This document shows, in pieces, positions 11,377 to 24,603 of a stretch of DNA of 64,000 nt. Position numbers and translations under genes: made by a program. This DNA comes from Amoebophrya sp. A120 (lineage: Eukaryota; Protista; Dinoflagellata), in the NCBI GenBank assembly GCA_905178155.1, contig CAJINV010000002.1, positions 4,097,838 through 4,161,837 of the forward strand, written 5' to 3'. How positions within the stretch are numbered: the first letter of the stretch is position 1; every line of letters starts with the position of its first letter. A model generated the notes under the pieces. That model was given only the letters and a program-made list of their open reading frames with translations. It was not told where the DNA came from and searched no databases.

Positions 11377-13809
11377 TAGTTTTGCTTTGTTTCTTCGCCC
11401 TTCGGGATGTGATGTTAGTTAATTTACAATTTCATTGAGAATGTACATGTACTTGAGCCAGAATTTTATGACTAGCACCTCCAGCGGTAGCAGCTGCTGC
11501 ATGTGTTATGAGCAAAAATGTAAACCTAAAGCTAATCATTGCGCTCCTAATTGATGAGTACTTACTATGTAATATCCTACGTAAAGTTTAAGTTCTAGAA
11601 GAACTCAAAGATAAAAATGAACGCTGTTGAAACTTTTCTGCTCCTCCTTTTGGAGCAAATGTCAGATAGGGTTATTCGGTGAAAGAGAAGTTTTTTCGCG
11701 ACCGTGCTATCTATCAGGTAGAGGCACCCGTACACTAGATGAAGCTGTTTTTGAGTAGAAGATGTCCGCGAAATGCAAAGGCTGCGAGCCGGTTCTCTTC
11801 TTCCTATTACAGGACTTTGTTGTACTGGGAGTTTTTATGCGGTTAGAAGCAATGCATTGCTGACGAGCTGATTAGTGTTCGAATCAACTTATTGTTTGGG
11901 TTTTTTTTTTGACGACTTCGCCTTTTTAGCTGGCACATCCAGACGCCGCTCTTTTCAGGTCGCGCCCGCTCTGAGAAACGAGCCGAGAGCCCGCCGAGGG
12001 TTGTCGTGAGATGGCCGCGCCGTGGGCGTTCTAAAGCGCCAAGCCCCGGGCCGGAAAGTGCCAAGCCGCCCGCCTTTCTCTTCAGTGTTTTTTCACCGCC
12101 TCCACAAATAACAGCGGAGCGCATGGCGCGCCACTCGTTTGCGGCGGGAAACGGGCCGACCGCGGCGGCCGATCCCGCCGCCCCGACGGAGTCCCTTTCG
12201 GGGGCGTGCGCCCTCCGCGTGTTGTTGAGTAAGGCCGCGAGAGGCATGCCGCCGGTCATAAAAGCGCGGCGGCGGCCGTGTTCTTGCAGTTCGAAGATGG
12301 CCGCGGCGTCATCCGGTCACGGGATGGAAAAGCGGGGGCGGCCATTGGCATCGGCGCGCCCCGATTGCCGAAGACGAAGGACGCGCGCCGTATGATTGGC
12401 GGTGGGCGGGGCCGCTTGGGCCAAAACGCTTGCCGGGCATCGGGAACGAATACAGCCCCCGCGCGCACCCGTTGCGCCATGCCCGAGCGGATACATATCC
12501 GCGGGGGGCCATGCTTGTTGCGGCCGGCGCCCGCGCCGCGGGTGGGAGTCTAGCCCGCGCGCCCGTGTTGGGCCGCGCCGTGTTGTGTCGCGCAGGCAGC
12601 GCGGCCCTATCTTGCCTGGGCTATCTTCGCTCTATGACCCAGCACGCGCCCCAGAGCATCATAGCGCGCAAGAATCTCCGGACGACAATGCTGGCGGCCC
12701 AGCGAACAGATGGCCGTCATGAGCAGCCTCGGCCCGCTACCTCTTTGGACACTCCCCCACGCACCCGGCGCCCTGCCTTTGTGTAGTCGTAGCAAGCTAG
12801 GCGGCAGAAGGTCGCCGCTGCCTCCTCTTCCCCGTCGGCCGGGGAGCGGAGTAACCCTGCCGCCGCCACGTACGCGGGGCCTTGGCTTGCCTCCCGGGGC
12901 CGCCGGCCCGGCTCCCCGATCTGACTGGGGCCGCGCGCCCGCCGCGGCCGGGCCCCGTGTGTCTCACGCACAAAGTTTCCTTGGGGGTCTCTTTTCGCCG
13001 CCCCCCCGCGCGCCTGGCCTCAAGCTCGCTGGTGGCCCAGGGCGCGCGGGCCGCGCGCGCGGCGGTTCGCTCACTATGCGCGCCCGGTGCCGCGCAGGGC
13101 GCGAAGGCGGCCCCGCGCGTCGGCCGTGTTGCATTTCCGACCAGCCACGCTTTGTGTCTCAACTTCGGATGGGTGGTTTCTTCACGATCTGGGAACGGCT
13201 TTCGCTTGTAGCTGTTCTACTGTTCTATCCCCCACCCGGGCAGTCAGTTGATGACTTTACCCAATTGCGTTTACCACCTTCCTATGCAGCTGACCCACTT
13301 GTCCTGTTCCAGCAGCTCTGTGTTTTTCTGCATGAAGTAGTATCAGTATGTCTTCTAGTTTTTTTGCTCGTAGCACATGCCGGTCTATTTTTTTTGGTGA
13401 TGGTATTGCAATTGCTTACTCAGAATCAGAGTCGGATTGTGATGTCTATGCTTCAACTCAAATGGCAGAACAAGCGCACCAGGAGCGTCGTCGGAGAGAG
13501 TAGACATAGCCCTTTCGCGATCTTTGACCGCTTTAGCTTTGACCAATTTCGGCTCTTCAATTCTTTTTGTAAGCCTGCGCAATACAGTCAGTGACCCAAA
13601 CAAGAGATCTAGACCCACCACTCATTGACAAGTAACCCAATACCGATCTAGAAAGAATCATGCGACTCGAATCACTCTGAATGCATATGCAATTGCAAAG
13701 CTGCCCACTTCAATTTCCTTTACTACCCGAACCCGTTCACTACCACTTCTTGTTCCTGTGTAACTTATTCGTATAAAATAGCGTACAGTTTCAAAAGCAA
13801 AACTACACC

Positions 13810-16800
13810 ATGGTCGACCCCTTCGCCCTCTCTTGTCTCGAGCTGCACGCCGAGAAGCTGGAATTCTACACCCCCTTCCTGAAAGACAACTCGGGTAACG
13901 AGTACAAGCTCCGCACCAAGCAGAACAGGTCGGAATTTGTGACGGACTGCTTGAGTTTCCGGGACGGCGCGGTGAACGTTTCTTCGCTCCCTTTCGTGAA
14001 CCTGCTGAAGAATGGGGTCTTGTCGCAGGAAAAATTCGAGTTATACCAGTCCCAGCTGGAAAAACCGGCGTACCAGCAGATGCACGCGGGGATTATTGGG
14101 AAAGCGTTGAGTATGATCGCGGTGGGAGGAGGAACAGCTACAGCAGGAGATCACGCAGATGATGTTGACAGCTATTCAAACCTCCTGTCTCTCCTGCGAC
14201 CAGAGAAAGAAGCTGATGCTGCTGTTGGCTCTGCAAACGGGGATGAAGTTATGCTGGATGATCTGGAAGAAGACGAGGACGATGCTGATAAAACAACAGA
14301 CGAGCCCGAAGACGAGGAGGAAAAGGAAATCCGGCTTGCCGCGCTGCGCAAAAGACGAGAGGCTGCGAGGATGGTCACCGCAACAGAGATATGGAGTGTA
14401 AAAATGTCTAGATCTGGAAGGATGCAACTTGTAATGCTGCATTTGGATTCCAAAAAAATCTGTATTGCATGAGCAGCAAGGGAAGTGTAATTTTTGCTAC
14501 TGGATGGAGACGGCATTTGTTATGCGGAATAGGTATCCAGAAGCCCTCAAAAGATATCTGCCGCTAGAGCATGCATCACAAACATCATGGCTCATGCAAA
14601 ACTTGCATGACAAGTCTCAGAATCTTCCAGACCCAGACACTTTTACATTTGATAAGAGATCTTGCAGAACTGCTTGGCGTTTGTGGCGAAGGAGCAACAA
14701 ATGTCGAGTAATTCATCTGCATCGTCCTCCACGACGAAAACGTCGAAAATCCCGAATGCAAATCGGAACAATTCCCGATCCGCACCTACCTCTCCAATGA
14801 CAATGAGAACAATAACAAACAAGAAGCACCAGATCAGAGTTCCGAAACAGGTGAAAGAGTACAAGAACTGCCTCGCGATGGTGAACGAAGCCGGGAGCTT
14901 GAGCGGTCTTAGTTCTGAAGATCCAGGCGGCATTCCTCGGCTGGCGGGACTGATGGGTGAGGTAGCTGATTTGATGCCGGAGGAAGTTCTTCCTGTGTTG
15001 ATTCCGCAGCCAACATCGTTTGGAGAGGAAGAAGGTCAAAAGGTTGAAGACCATCCACTTGCTGCTGCATTCTACGCTGGTTTCAGCAAACGGCTGCTGG
15101 AAACCTTGATTCCAGTCGCTGTCCACTACCGGTTGTTTGCAGAGTGCGGGAAGTTTTTTAAGTTTCTGAACTTCACAGCACCACCGGTGGAAGGAGAAAA
15201 AGAAGGTAATACTGCAGCTGACCAAAATGCAGCAGTAGCAGCGGCTCCTGAGATGAATCTGTCCGGTGAGCAGGCTCCTCTTGCTCCATCATATCACGAG
15301 AAAAAAGTGCTACAGTTACACATTTGTTGGAGTTTCTGCATCACAAATTTTCCCTGTGTGGCAGAGAAGGCTTGTAATGCGAAGATCATAAGGGAAAACA
15401 GGACGGAAACGAGGCTCCCAAGCATTTCCTGCATGAGAAAGGTTGTCTCTGTTGCCGGTCTTGCATCACAATGTGCAACTGTAACACTTTTTTCTTGTGA
15501 TACATCAGCGAAGAAACTTATCACCGACTACAACCGGAAAAAACACCCGTTTTTTGACAGCTTCATCCAGAAGTACAGTGGGAAAATATTCCAACAATTG
15601 GCGGACGACTTGGATCTACTGGTAAACTCTCTTTTCAGCAAATTTCTCCGGTTCACCTCGTTCTCCTCATCTCTCGACCAGGCTGCCGGAGTACTAGAGC
15701 TGCGGCAGGAAGTGATCGTTTTCAAAGCCCACTATCTCCGTTTCCTCGAAGCAGAAATCGCCGCGCTTCACGAATTTTCCGCGGTGGACCCGCTGATATC
15801 CGATCCGGACCTGCACCGGGAGCGCTTTTTCCACGTGATAGAAGTTGCACAGAAATTGTCTGCGCCAGGAGAGCAGGACCAGGATCTGACTCTGCTATCC
15901 AGCATGACAAATTTCGAACCCAGCCCCAGTGTTCTTCTCCTCTCGTCCGCGAGTGTGAATGCCGTCCGGTCTGGGCAGACTAGTTCTGCCGACGGCGTCG
16001 TTCAGTTACTCGACAACCTCGACTCTACCGAGTTGAAAGTCTTGTCAAGATTACAAATCGCGACCGCAACTTGTCATGCGGTCAACGAATACGAAGTGGC
16101 GAATTCCGTGTTCGAGCAGGAATGTTTCCTGGAAGAGTTCCGGGGGAGAATTAAGACTGCGCTCACTAACGGTTCTAGCATGACAAACAGTCAGGGAGCA
16201 GGTGAGGAGGACGAAGCAACAAAGACGAAAATTCTCAAGGTAAACAATTTGAATAATTGGAGCGCGAAAACGATCCAGGTCTTGTCGGAGGAAATTATCG
16301 AGTCCGAAAAGGAGAACCCTTTTGACGGGAAAAATCCGCCGTTTTTGTTGATTTGCGATGCGACGAACGCTTCGGGACGAACTACAGGTAACAACAAAAC
16401 CGCCGATGATCCGCAACTCGTGGAGCAGCAGCAAGCACAATTCTTCGCGTTGCAGGAATTTTTACTTTCGAAGGCGTTTCTCTTAACCGGTAGTTCCAGC
16501 GAAGTTGGGTTTTTCCTGAACAGAAGCGAAAGAGAAGTGATGAACGACCCAGATGGCTCGGCGATGGAAATGTTCCGGAAATTCATGGGGTTGAATTCTT
16601 TGCTTCTTGTAACCGGGGAACAAACGGGAGTCGATTTGTTCACGTTGTACATTTTTCTCCCTGCGAACCACAACTTTTTGAAGAAATTGTCCTCTAGTTC
16701 TGCGAAGAATCTGACCACTGTTCTGAAATTGGAGTCGTATCGAGAATTGATCAAGCAGCAACGGCGGGACTTCGTGGAGTCGCTCGGAGATCTGGACGAA

Positions 16801-17425
16801 TTGGCGATGCTGAGTACAACTAGTGGTACAACAACTTCCTCGACCGGAGAGATAATTATGAACAAGATCTGCATGAAGGACGTGGAGATCACCCCGGAAT
16901 TATTAACCGCAGTCGCTGCGAACGGGAAAAAGTTGGCGAGTAAGGTGTTGAAAATCGAATTCAAGCCGCATTTGACGAATTTACAGAAGAATTTGATTAA
17001 ATCGAATTTACTCGAGCAGAAGGAAAACCGGACCAGCTCGTGTTATTGTAACGACAGTTTTGGGGCGATTGTTTCAGCGGTGGTGGTTGGGGAAATTGCG
17101 AAGTTTGTGACGCTATCAAATGCAAAAATGTCTGGGTCTGGAAGAGTGGAACTTGTGACGCTGTCCTTGGATTCCAAAAAAATCTGTGTTGCATGAGTAG
17201 CAAAGGGATTGCAATTTTTGCTACGCTGAGACGGCATTTGTCATGCAGAATAGGAATCAAGAGGCCCTCAAAAATTCTGTATTGCTAGGGTATGCATCAC
17301 AGACATCGTGTGTCATGCAAAACGTGCATGACAACTGTCAGAATCTTTCAGACCCAGACATTTTTACATTTGATACACGCCACCACCAGGTGGAGGACTT
17401 CTGTCGTCGGACGGAGTGGGCGTAG
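13810..17425 (+). CDS. Hypothetical protein of ~950 aa; C-terminus weakly resembles E1/ThiF-family regulatory subunits
   Basis: ORFs 13810-14472 and 14662-17196 join across introners; ends GAIVSAVVVGEIAKFVTRHHQVEDFCRRTEWA*. Confidence 0.7.
14390..14654. mobile_element. Introner, family A
   Basis: Family A TIRs; TSD AGAGA. Confidence 0.9.
15292..15502. mobile_element. Introner, family J
   Basis: TATCACGAGAAAAAAGTGCTACAGTT...AACTGTAACACTTTTTTCTTGTGATA; TSD CATCA. Confidence 0.9.
17114..17375. mobile_element. Introner, family A
   Basis: Family A TIRs; TSD GACGC/CACGC. Confidence 0.9.
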
Positions 17426-19992
17426 GGGTAATGCAGGAGTCCTCTTCGAATAGTCCGTTTTCCTCGGTGGAGTGTTTGCCGAAAGCAGCGTTTTCTGGGA
17501 TGAACTTCTTGTTTAGTTCGATCAGTAACGGGAAAATCAGTCCGCAGTGTGGGAAGGTCAAGGTGTTGTAAGTGTGAGAAATGATATGGTTTATTTAGTT
17601 ATGCTACACCTTCACCTGCACATCACTGTCGCTTTAGTAAATGTAAAAAGTCGTGACAAGAAGGATGGTTACAACACAATGAACGTGAAAAGGACGACGA
17701 CGTTAAAACGAAAAGTGAGACAATGTCGAGCATCATGTCTTTTTCGCATTCATAAGTTTAAGTACTTGAGTATTCCACTCCCAGTCATAGTTTTTTCGAA
17801 GTACATGAAAATGTTTGTAGTACTAAGTTGAACACAAAGTAGCATCCATAGGCCGCACACAAATAATCTCTTATGGACTAACCAATGCCGAGGTGGTCTT
17901 TCTTGGATGAACGCAGCGTAGGAGCTGAATAAGTCTTGCCATTATTTGAAGATGAAAAGCAACATCCAGTATAAGCAATTGCAATGTGCAGTAGCCGGAA
18001 CCATCACCGGTGCCTACAGCCTCCATGATTCAGTAGTAGTCCACAAGTACTACATCGGCCAAACCATCAACACGTCGAAAGAAAAAACTTGATGAATTGT
18101 CTAAAATGCACTGACTCACCCTGCGAAGATAGCGCAGTTCGGAGACGGATTTAGTACATAGAGTTTTAGTGATGTTCCACTTCCAGCGGCAGGCAAAGCG
18201 ACACGGTGCGGAACTGGGTTCCCGAAAAGTTTTCCAGAAAAGAGCCAGTAATGCGAAGGACGGCAAGCGCAAGAACTCGGGCGTGGGGCTCGCGTCAGCC
18301 GGTTTTGCGGCCAGATTACCTCTTTGGCGCGGCAGGAAGCAAGCGCCGCCCGCTGCCTGTGCCGCGTGGCGGGTTGTGCAGCGTGGCGCCGCCCAGGCCT
18401 TTTCCGCTCGCATCGGCTAGGTTGGCAGCCGCGCCGCCCAGCAGCGCGAGGCCGGCGGCGCACGGGCCTGGTTGCCGGGTGGCAGACGCGCCGGCCAGTG
18501 TAGTCGCAGCGCCTCCGAGCATTCCGGGCGCGCGCGCGTTCGTGGCAGCGCGCCGGCCCGGTTGGTGGTAAGTGTTCGCAGTGGCGCCCGGCCGGCGCGG
18601 CGCCTGCTGGCCAGCCCCATCTGGAGACTGCAGAGGCCCGGGGCAAGGTGGCCCCTCCTGGCCAAGGCGGAGAGAGTAGCTGCCCCGATCGACCTCGGCC
18701 GGCTTCGCCGATACGCCGCACGCAGGCAATGCCGGGGGGGCTGCCGCGCGAAGCACTGCGCAGGCTGAAGCGTTCTTCTCCGCGATTCGAATCGGGGGCG
18801 CATCCAGCGAAATGGGCCCCGGGGGCGCCGGCGGGCGCCACGGGATGGAACCAACGCAGCAAGGGGCGGGCAGCTGGGCGACGGGCGCGCGCGTTCGCGC
18901 CCCCCGCCCCGCATCGCTTGGCCATTGCCGGTCGCTGTCCGGCCGCCCTTTTTCGTGGCGTGCATTGGTTTAGGGGTTGGCCGGTGCCCGCCCGCCCCCG
19001 CCCCTCCGTGTGTCTCTCTGTTAGCAAGCAAGCGAGCGCGCCCGGCGGTTCCGCGCGCCCTTTGGCGCCCCCTTGGGTGAATGTGTGCGCCGACCCTTTA
19101 TTTTGGAAGGCAGCCAGCCAGAGCACGCAGGCGGCGTCCCGCGGCGGCCTCAATCCCTGTGTGCCAGCCTGGCCTGGCGCGGGCTCCTTGCGTGATGTGG
19201 ATTCATTTTTGGTTGTGCGCGGGGTCAGCCTGCCCTAACGCGCCGCGCGGCGAAGATGGGGGGCACGAGCGTAGGCGCCTTCTGAGCCTGCCCCCACCTG
19301 TTTGCGCGTCGTTCGATCGTTCTTTCGTTTGTGGACGTGTTTCCACTTGCTGAACAACGAGGGCGGGTTGTGCCACTTTCCATCCAGAACCGCGCTCCTG
19401 CTCGCGCTCGTGTTCATCTACTATGATTTTGTTGTGCCGTGTCTGTGTGATATTATCCTGGCCCTCGTGATTAAGCGCTCGGTGTGCACGTGGTTGCACC
19501 ATCAGAATGCATTCGACAGCGGATGAAAAAAACCTCTTCACCGTTATGCCCGCCTGTATGAAATAAAAATTGAAAAGAACCAACGCAACCGCAAGAAGTG
19601 AGATCGGTTCTTCATTTTCGTCAGCTTCTCGGTATTTCCCTGCTGACATCGCGCCCTCGCAAATGATGATGAAGTGCTCGGCTCTATTCCCCGTGGTCGC
19701 CTGTAATGTGATCATTGTTCTGTGCTGCATGTGCTAGTGCTTGTGCGTCGGTGTCGATTAACATGACTTTCTCAAGCCTTCCTTTCATGACGAGGATGTT
19801 CTGTCATATTATTCGCGGTGCTTGAAGATCTCTTACTTGCTCAATTTAACATCATGCAGATGCTCCCTTGCTTACCGTGACACGCGGAAAACCTGATTTA
19901 TACGATTTTCTTTTATTTATTTCCCCATTTCACCATCTTTCCCACCAACTTGATTTCCACCGCTTTATTTCCTTTCCAATATCAAAATCAAA

Positions 19993-22900
19993 ATGAGTTT
20001 CTCCTCCACCGGCGCATCGGTCCAGGTGGTCCGGGTTGAGAAGCTGGCGCCAGCAGCCCAAGCTGGAAGCTCTACTACTACTTCTATCCAGAAGCCCCAG
20101 CCGCACAACATGACGATTTTCCAAGTCAAGGTCAACATTGTCCGGAAGCAAGACGAAGCTGCACAACTACAGCAAGGCAATCTTCATGACGACGACGAAC
20201 ACAAGGCGTCGAATGAGATCAAGAATTCCATTTTACTCCTCGCCAAGGAGTACCCGATGTGCAGCAAAGAGTGGTTCGCGAAAATCGCTGCGCATATTTT
20301 TTCCACACCGGACGTAGTAGCTCCTTCTGCTGAAGGACCTACAGCGATTTCAGCCGCTCCGCAGCAAGAAATCAAATCCGTGACCGTCACTATCGAGGAG
20401 GAGCTGTGGGAGAGAGTGTACGACGACGTGCACGAGCAATTTCACCACCATGTGTGGCGTATGCATTGCAAACATGTCTGGGTCTGGAAACTTGTGATGC
20501 TGGGTAGCGTATTATGTATGAGGAGGCCACATCAAGTGCTGGCTTAGCATGACACGTTTCTGAGCTTCTAGGCGTTGCCTATTCTCCATGACAAAGTGCG
20601 TTTCTGCATGACAGAAAAAAAATGGAACTCTTGGGTGCCGTGCATGAGAGATTTAAGAGTCATGCCCGACAAGCATGACAAACATGCATTCTTCCAGAGC
20701 CAGACTACATATTTGCAATGCATATGGCGCTTGCGCTCCCCGGAGAAGAAGTGGTGCGTGTGCGACATCCAGGACTGCACAAACGTGGCGAGAAAACAAA
20801 GTTTGAAGGGCGGGGTGAGGAATCTGACATTATTGAAAACCGGCGAAATGGGGTTGGGGCTGGGCGGTGCAGCGGGGGCGCAGGTGCTGGCAACCAGCAT
20901 CGACGCGGAGTGGCTGTTTCGGGAGGAAGGTACAGTTTCGGTTTGCTGCTCAACTACAACTTCCAACTAGTACTAAATTTCGAACGAGGACGAGGTCCGG
21001 AAACGTCGCACAATCTAGCATGTTCGGATTAAGGGTTTAGGATTTAGGATGAAGAAGAACTGCAACGTACAAGCAAAGTAAAGATCAAGTAGATCAGTGC
21101 TGACGGTTCAACATATTTCTATTTGTCTTGCATCAACCCCATTTCTTCAGGTTCCACCGCCGCCCAAACAATTGACTACGACACCTTCAACCAAAAATTC
21201 ATCAAAACCCTCGTTACGGAATTCGCCGGGCACCCGGAGCAGGGGGTGTTTGTTTCCTCCCTGCAGAAAACTTTCTCCGACATGGCCGAAGCGGTGATTA
21301 CCCGCTTCGGCGCTAGTACTTCTACGGAGATCATGATGAACAGCACGACATCCGCAAGTCCACTGCCCTTAAACTGCATTCAGAAGGTGAAGCTTTCCAC
21401 CCACCCGGAGCAGCAGTACACGATCACACCGGCGTTCTCCGCGTTGGCCGATCAGGATTTCACGAACGAGGAAGCAGAGTATGACAGTGCACAACCCCCC
21501 CTCCCCCTGATTTGTCATGCAAAAACCCACATCCAGGTGCAGTGCTACCTTGTGACACCGCGTGCATGACAAATTCCGGAAATCCAAACAGTACGACACT
21601 CGGCCGCGCATGAACGTGTCATGCACAGGGTCCACTTGTATTGGTGTTTGTAAAAATGCTGTTGATACCATACAAATGAGGGGGAGGGGGAGTTGTGCAT
21701 TCCATTGTCATACAGAGCAGTTTGCGAACGTGTTCACCGCCGTGAAATCCGGGTCGACACATGGGAGGACAATTGAGGTAGAGCTGGAGGCGGGTGCGAC
21801 GACGTTGAAAAGTCCGGGAGGTAGTACGACTGGCTCTCGTCCGGCCTCGAGCCGGTTGGAAAAGCAAATCGGGCACTTACCATCCCCCGTAAAACCAGAC
21901 GCGAAGCCGAAACTCCAAGCAGAAATTAGTGCATCAGCAAGAGCAACAGCAACTCCTGCTGCACCTGCTGCATCAAATGCGGACAAAACAATTGTGGAGG
22001 AAGAAATTTCGGACCTCGTAGCCGCCGGCGCAACTGACACGCCGAAAGGACCACAGCCACCGCCAGCAGCTGGTGCAGCAGCATTAATCGAGCAGCCTCC
22101 ACCGGCGAAGAAGCCGGATCCTTTGCCGCTGAACTATGGGACTCTCAAACGTTACATTCTCAACTGTTACATGAATTTGCCATGCAAAATTGGCGCGAGC
22201 ATCTACCTGACCAAGCTGCTTCGCATGACAAGTTCTCGACGCGCCAGATAGTATTCTTTCTAGTCTGCTCTAAACCTGTAATGCAAAAGGCGCAACCTTT
22301 TCCCTTTCACTTTTGCCATTTTTGCATTACAAATTTCATGTAACAGTTGAGAATGTAACGCTTGAGAACGCCATAGGAACCCAGCGGCGCAGAAGGTCCG
22401 GAATAAGTTGAAGGTGCTGAAAATTCAGCAGGGCGGGACGGGTATCATGTATTCGGATAACAAAGAGGATGTCAAACAAATTGCGGCGATCGGGAATTAT
22501 ACACCAAGCTCATCCCCCACAAACCAGCCGAAGTCGGCGAATTCTATACCAGCCTCTCCAGCAGGATCAGCACCACAACTCCCGCTCACCCTCGCCTCCG
22601 CAACCACATCGCAGGGGCAGCAGCCATGCTTCTTCGCGAAACTCGGCATTGTCTCGAGAACAACCTACATCGAGAAAATCACCCCCTGCTACCCGAAATG
22701 CCCCTGGCTGGTGGAAAAGTCCTGGCCGAAGTACGTGAAACAGGTGGATTTTCTCTCCTATCACGAGGAAAAATCCCCCCTCCCCATATCGAAAACGAAA
22801 TTTGTGATGCTGTATTTGAGTACACAAATCGACTTGTAATGCTAGAAGGCCAAGAGACGCAGCTGTGGCCTCGTTTGCAGGCAATTTGTCATGCAGTTTC

Positions 22901-23429
22901 CCACTTCCAGCTGCCCCCTGTTATGCTGAAGATGCAAGGCTTTCCCACGCCAACCAGTACTACAGTCCGCATCTTTTCCCTTCTAGCATGATAAAGCTGA
23001 TTTGTGACCACAAATCTGCATCACAAATCTCTAGTTTGAGTATGGGGTGGGGGGATTTTTCACTTTGATATCTCCGCCATGGACTTCTTACTCCATCTCC
23101 GGTTTGTCATGGAGCAAGAGCCGCAGGAGACGCAATTGAAATTACTCCGGGACTACGCAAATTTTGTGGAAGAAGAACTGTTTCAAAATCCGAATCAACC
23201 AATGACAAACGTCTCGGCGACGGACAAGCAGAAGTTTCTGGTTCTAAACGGAAAATACGCGAACAAGTTTTTCTTCCCGTTTGTGTTAGCAATTTCCGGG
23301 TTCAGCATGGAGAAAATTTTGGAGATTTTGGGAAAAAGGTTGGAAAATAGCTTCGACCAAGAGTTGCACGAGGGGATGAGGCAGGTGCATCGGATTGCGG
23401 AAATACAGATACGGAAGGTGGTTTACTAG
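19993..23429 (+). CDS. Uricase-like / OHCU-decarboxylase-like fusion protein with degenerate active sites
   Basis: Uricase-like motifs ASNEIKNSILLLAK, LTLLKT, VLATSIDAEW, FAGHPEQGVFVSSLQKT. C-terminal LNGKYANKFFFPFVLAISG...RLENSFDQEL...VHRIA resembles OHCU decarboxylase. Four introners plus GT-AG intron 20930-21150. Confidence 0.75.
20460..20724. mobile_element. Introner, family A
   Basis: TATGCATTGCAAA...TTTGCAATGCATA; TSD TGGCG. Confidence 0.9.
21480..21712. mobile_element. Introner, family B
   Basis: Family B TIRs; TSD CAGAG. Confidence 0.9.
22135..22375. mobile_element. Introner, family H
   Basis: TATGGGACTCTCAAACGTTACATTCTCAACTGTT...AACAGTTGAGAATGTAACGCTTGAGAACGCCATA; TSD (T/G)GAAC. 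Confidence 0.9.
22759..23070. mobile_element. Introner, family I
   Basis: TATCACGAGGAAAAATCCCCCCTCCCCATA...TATGGGGTGGGGGGATTTTTCACTTTGATA; TSD TCTCC. Confidence 0.9.
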
Positions 23430-24603
23430 AATTTTTTGCAGTTGCTTTTGCAACGTGATGTTGCATCCATAATTTTCACGTTATGATTTGTCAGCCTGCC
23501 TTGATGGTTGTGGCTTCTTACACTAGTACGATCTTCCGGCAAGAACTTTTTCTCTACCGCTGCAGTCTTTCGCTCTATCATGTGAATTGAAAAAAGTTTC
23601 CAAGAATCACGGTACGCTCCCATTTTGCTTCAGATTTTTTCGCAAATACATCTTTTGGAGTCAACATTCCTAACTGTTTCTAGAATGTCACGAAAGGGGA
23701 AACGCATCACGAGCCTGTCGCTCTTACTTCAGAGTAGGGAATTCGAAGATGAAGAATGAATGCAGGCTGCGATCATGATATCTGTTTTTCCTGCCAGATA
23801 GTCGGGCACATAGATACGTCTGTCCGAGTAATTCCAAGTTCTTGCGATCAAGAGCTATTCATATTCTATTTTTATGCAGATGCAGAATTTCTTTTTTATG
23901 CAGATGCAGAAGTAACAAGAAAAAGTGTTCACCAGTTTCCGTTCGAGGTGAAACGTGCCGTAGTGCAGCTTCGTAGTTGCTGCCTACTTGCGCCACCTCG
24001 GCAAAGAAAAAAGAAACAGAACAACACGACGAGAGGACGTCGAGAGTAGTACACGATGTCATGGTGTGCTGGTTCAAAATAGATAAGGAAAAAGCAGTTG
24101 CGATGAAGTTCAAAAAAGTTTATAGACATAGAGTTTGTTGTCACGTACTAAGCCTGCAAGGCTGCTCATGAAACAAGTTTACGCTTAAAGCAAGCCAGTA
24201 ATTGATCTTTCCCGTTCGTTGATGAGAGAACACGAAAAAAAAAAGCCTGTGCTTCAATGGTATACAGCGACTACGACATAGATGATTAGCGTTTACATTT
24301 AGGAAGATACCTAGCAAATTATCACGAGTGTGCCTCCATTCATTCGCTCTATTCGATAGCTGAGTAGCAACGTATTCGTACTGTGTGTAGTAGCGACAAT
24401 AAGAATAAATTCTATCCTCTGCTGGTGTGTTCTTTCATAGCGACATCCTGAAACACAAACAATTCAAAGTGGCACAAGAGACAAAGGGCGACACCTGTCA
24501 TGTCGGAGATAAACCACGTGACACATTTATACCGTAGTGACACCCATCACTCCTTAGGTTAGATGACTCTTTTCAACCTTTCGGCCAAAACTCCTAAACC
24601 AAC

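Noticed and set aside
17040-17425. Firm call of gene 3 as a NAE1/SAE1 E1 subunit
   Set aside because: Only one weak C-terminal helix motif; no N-terminal ThiF signature seen.
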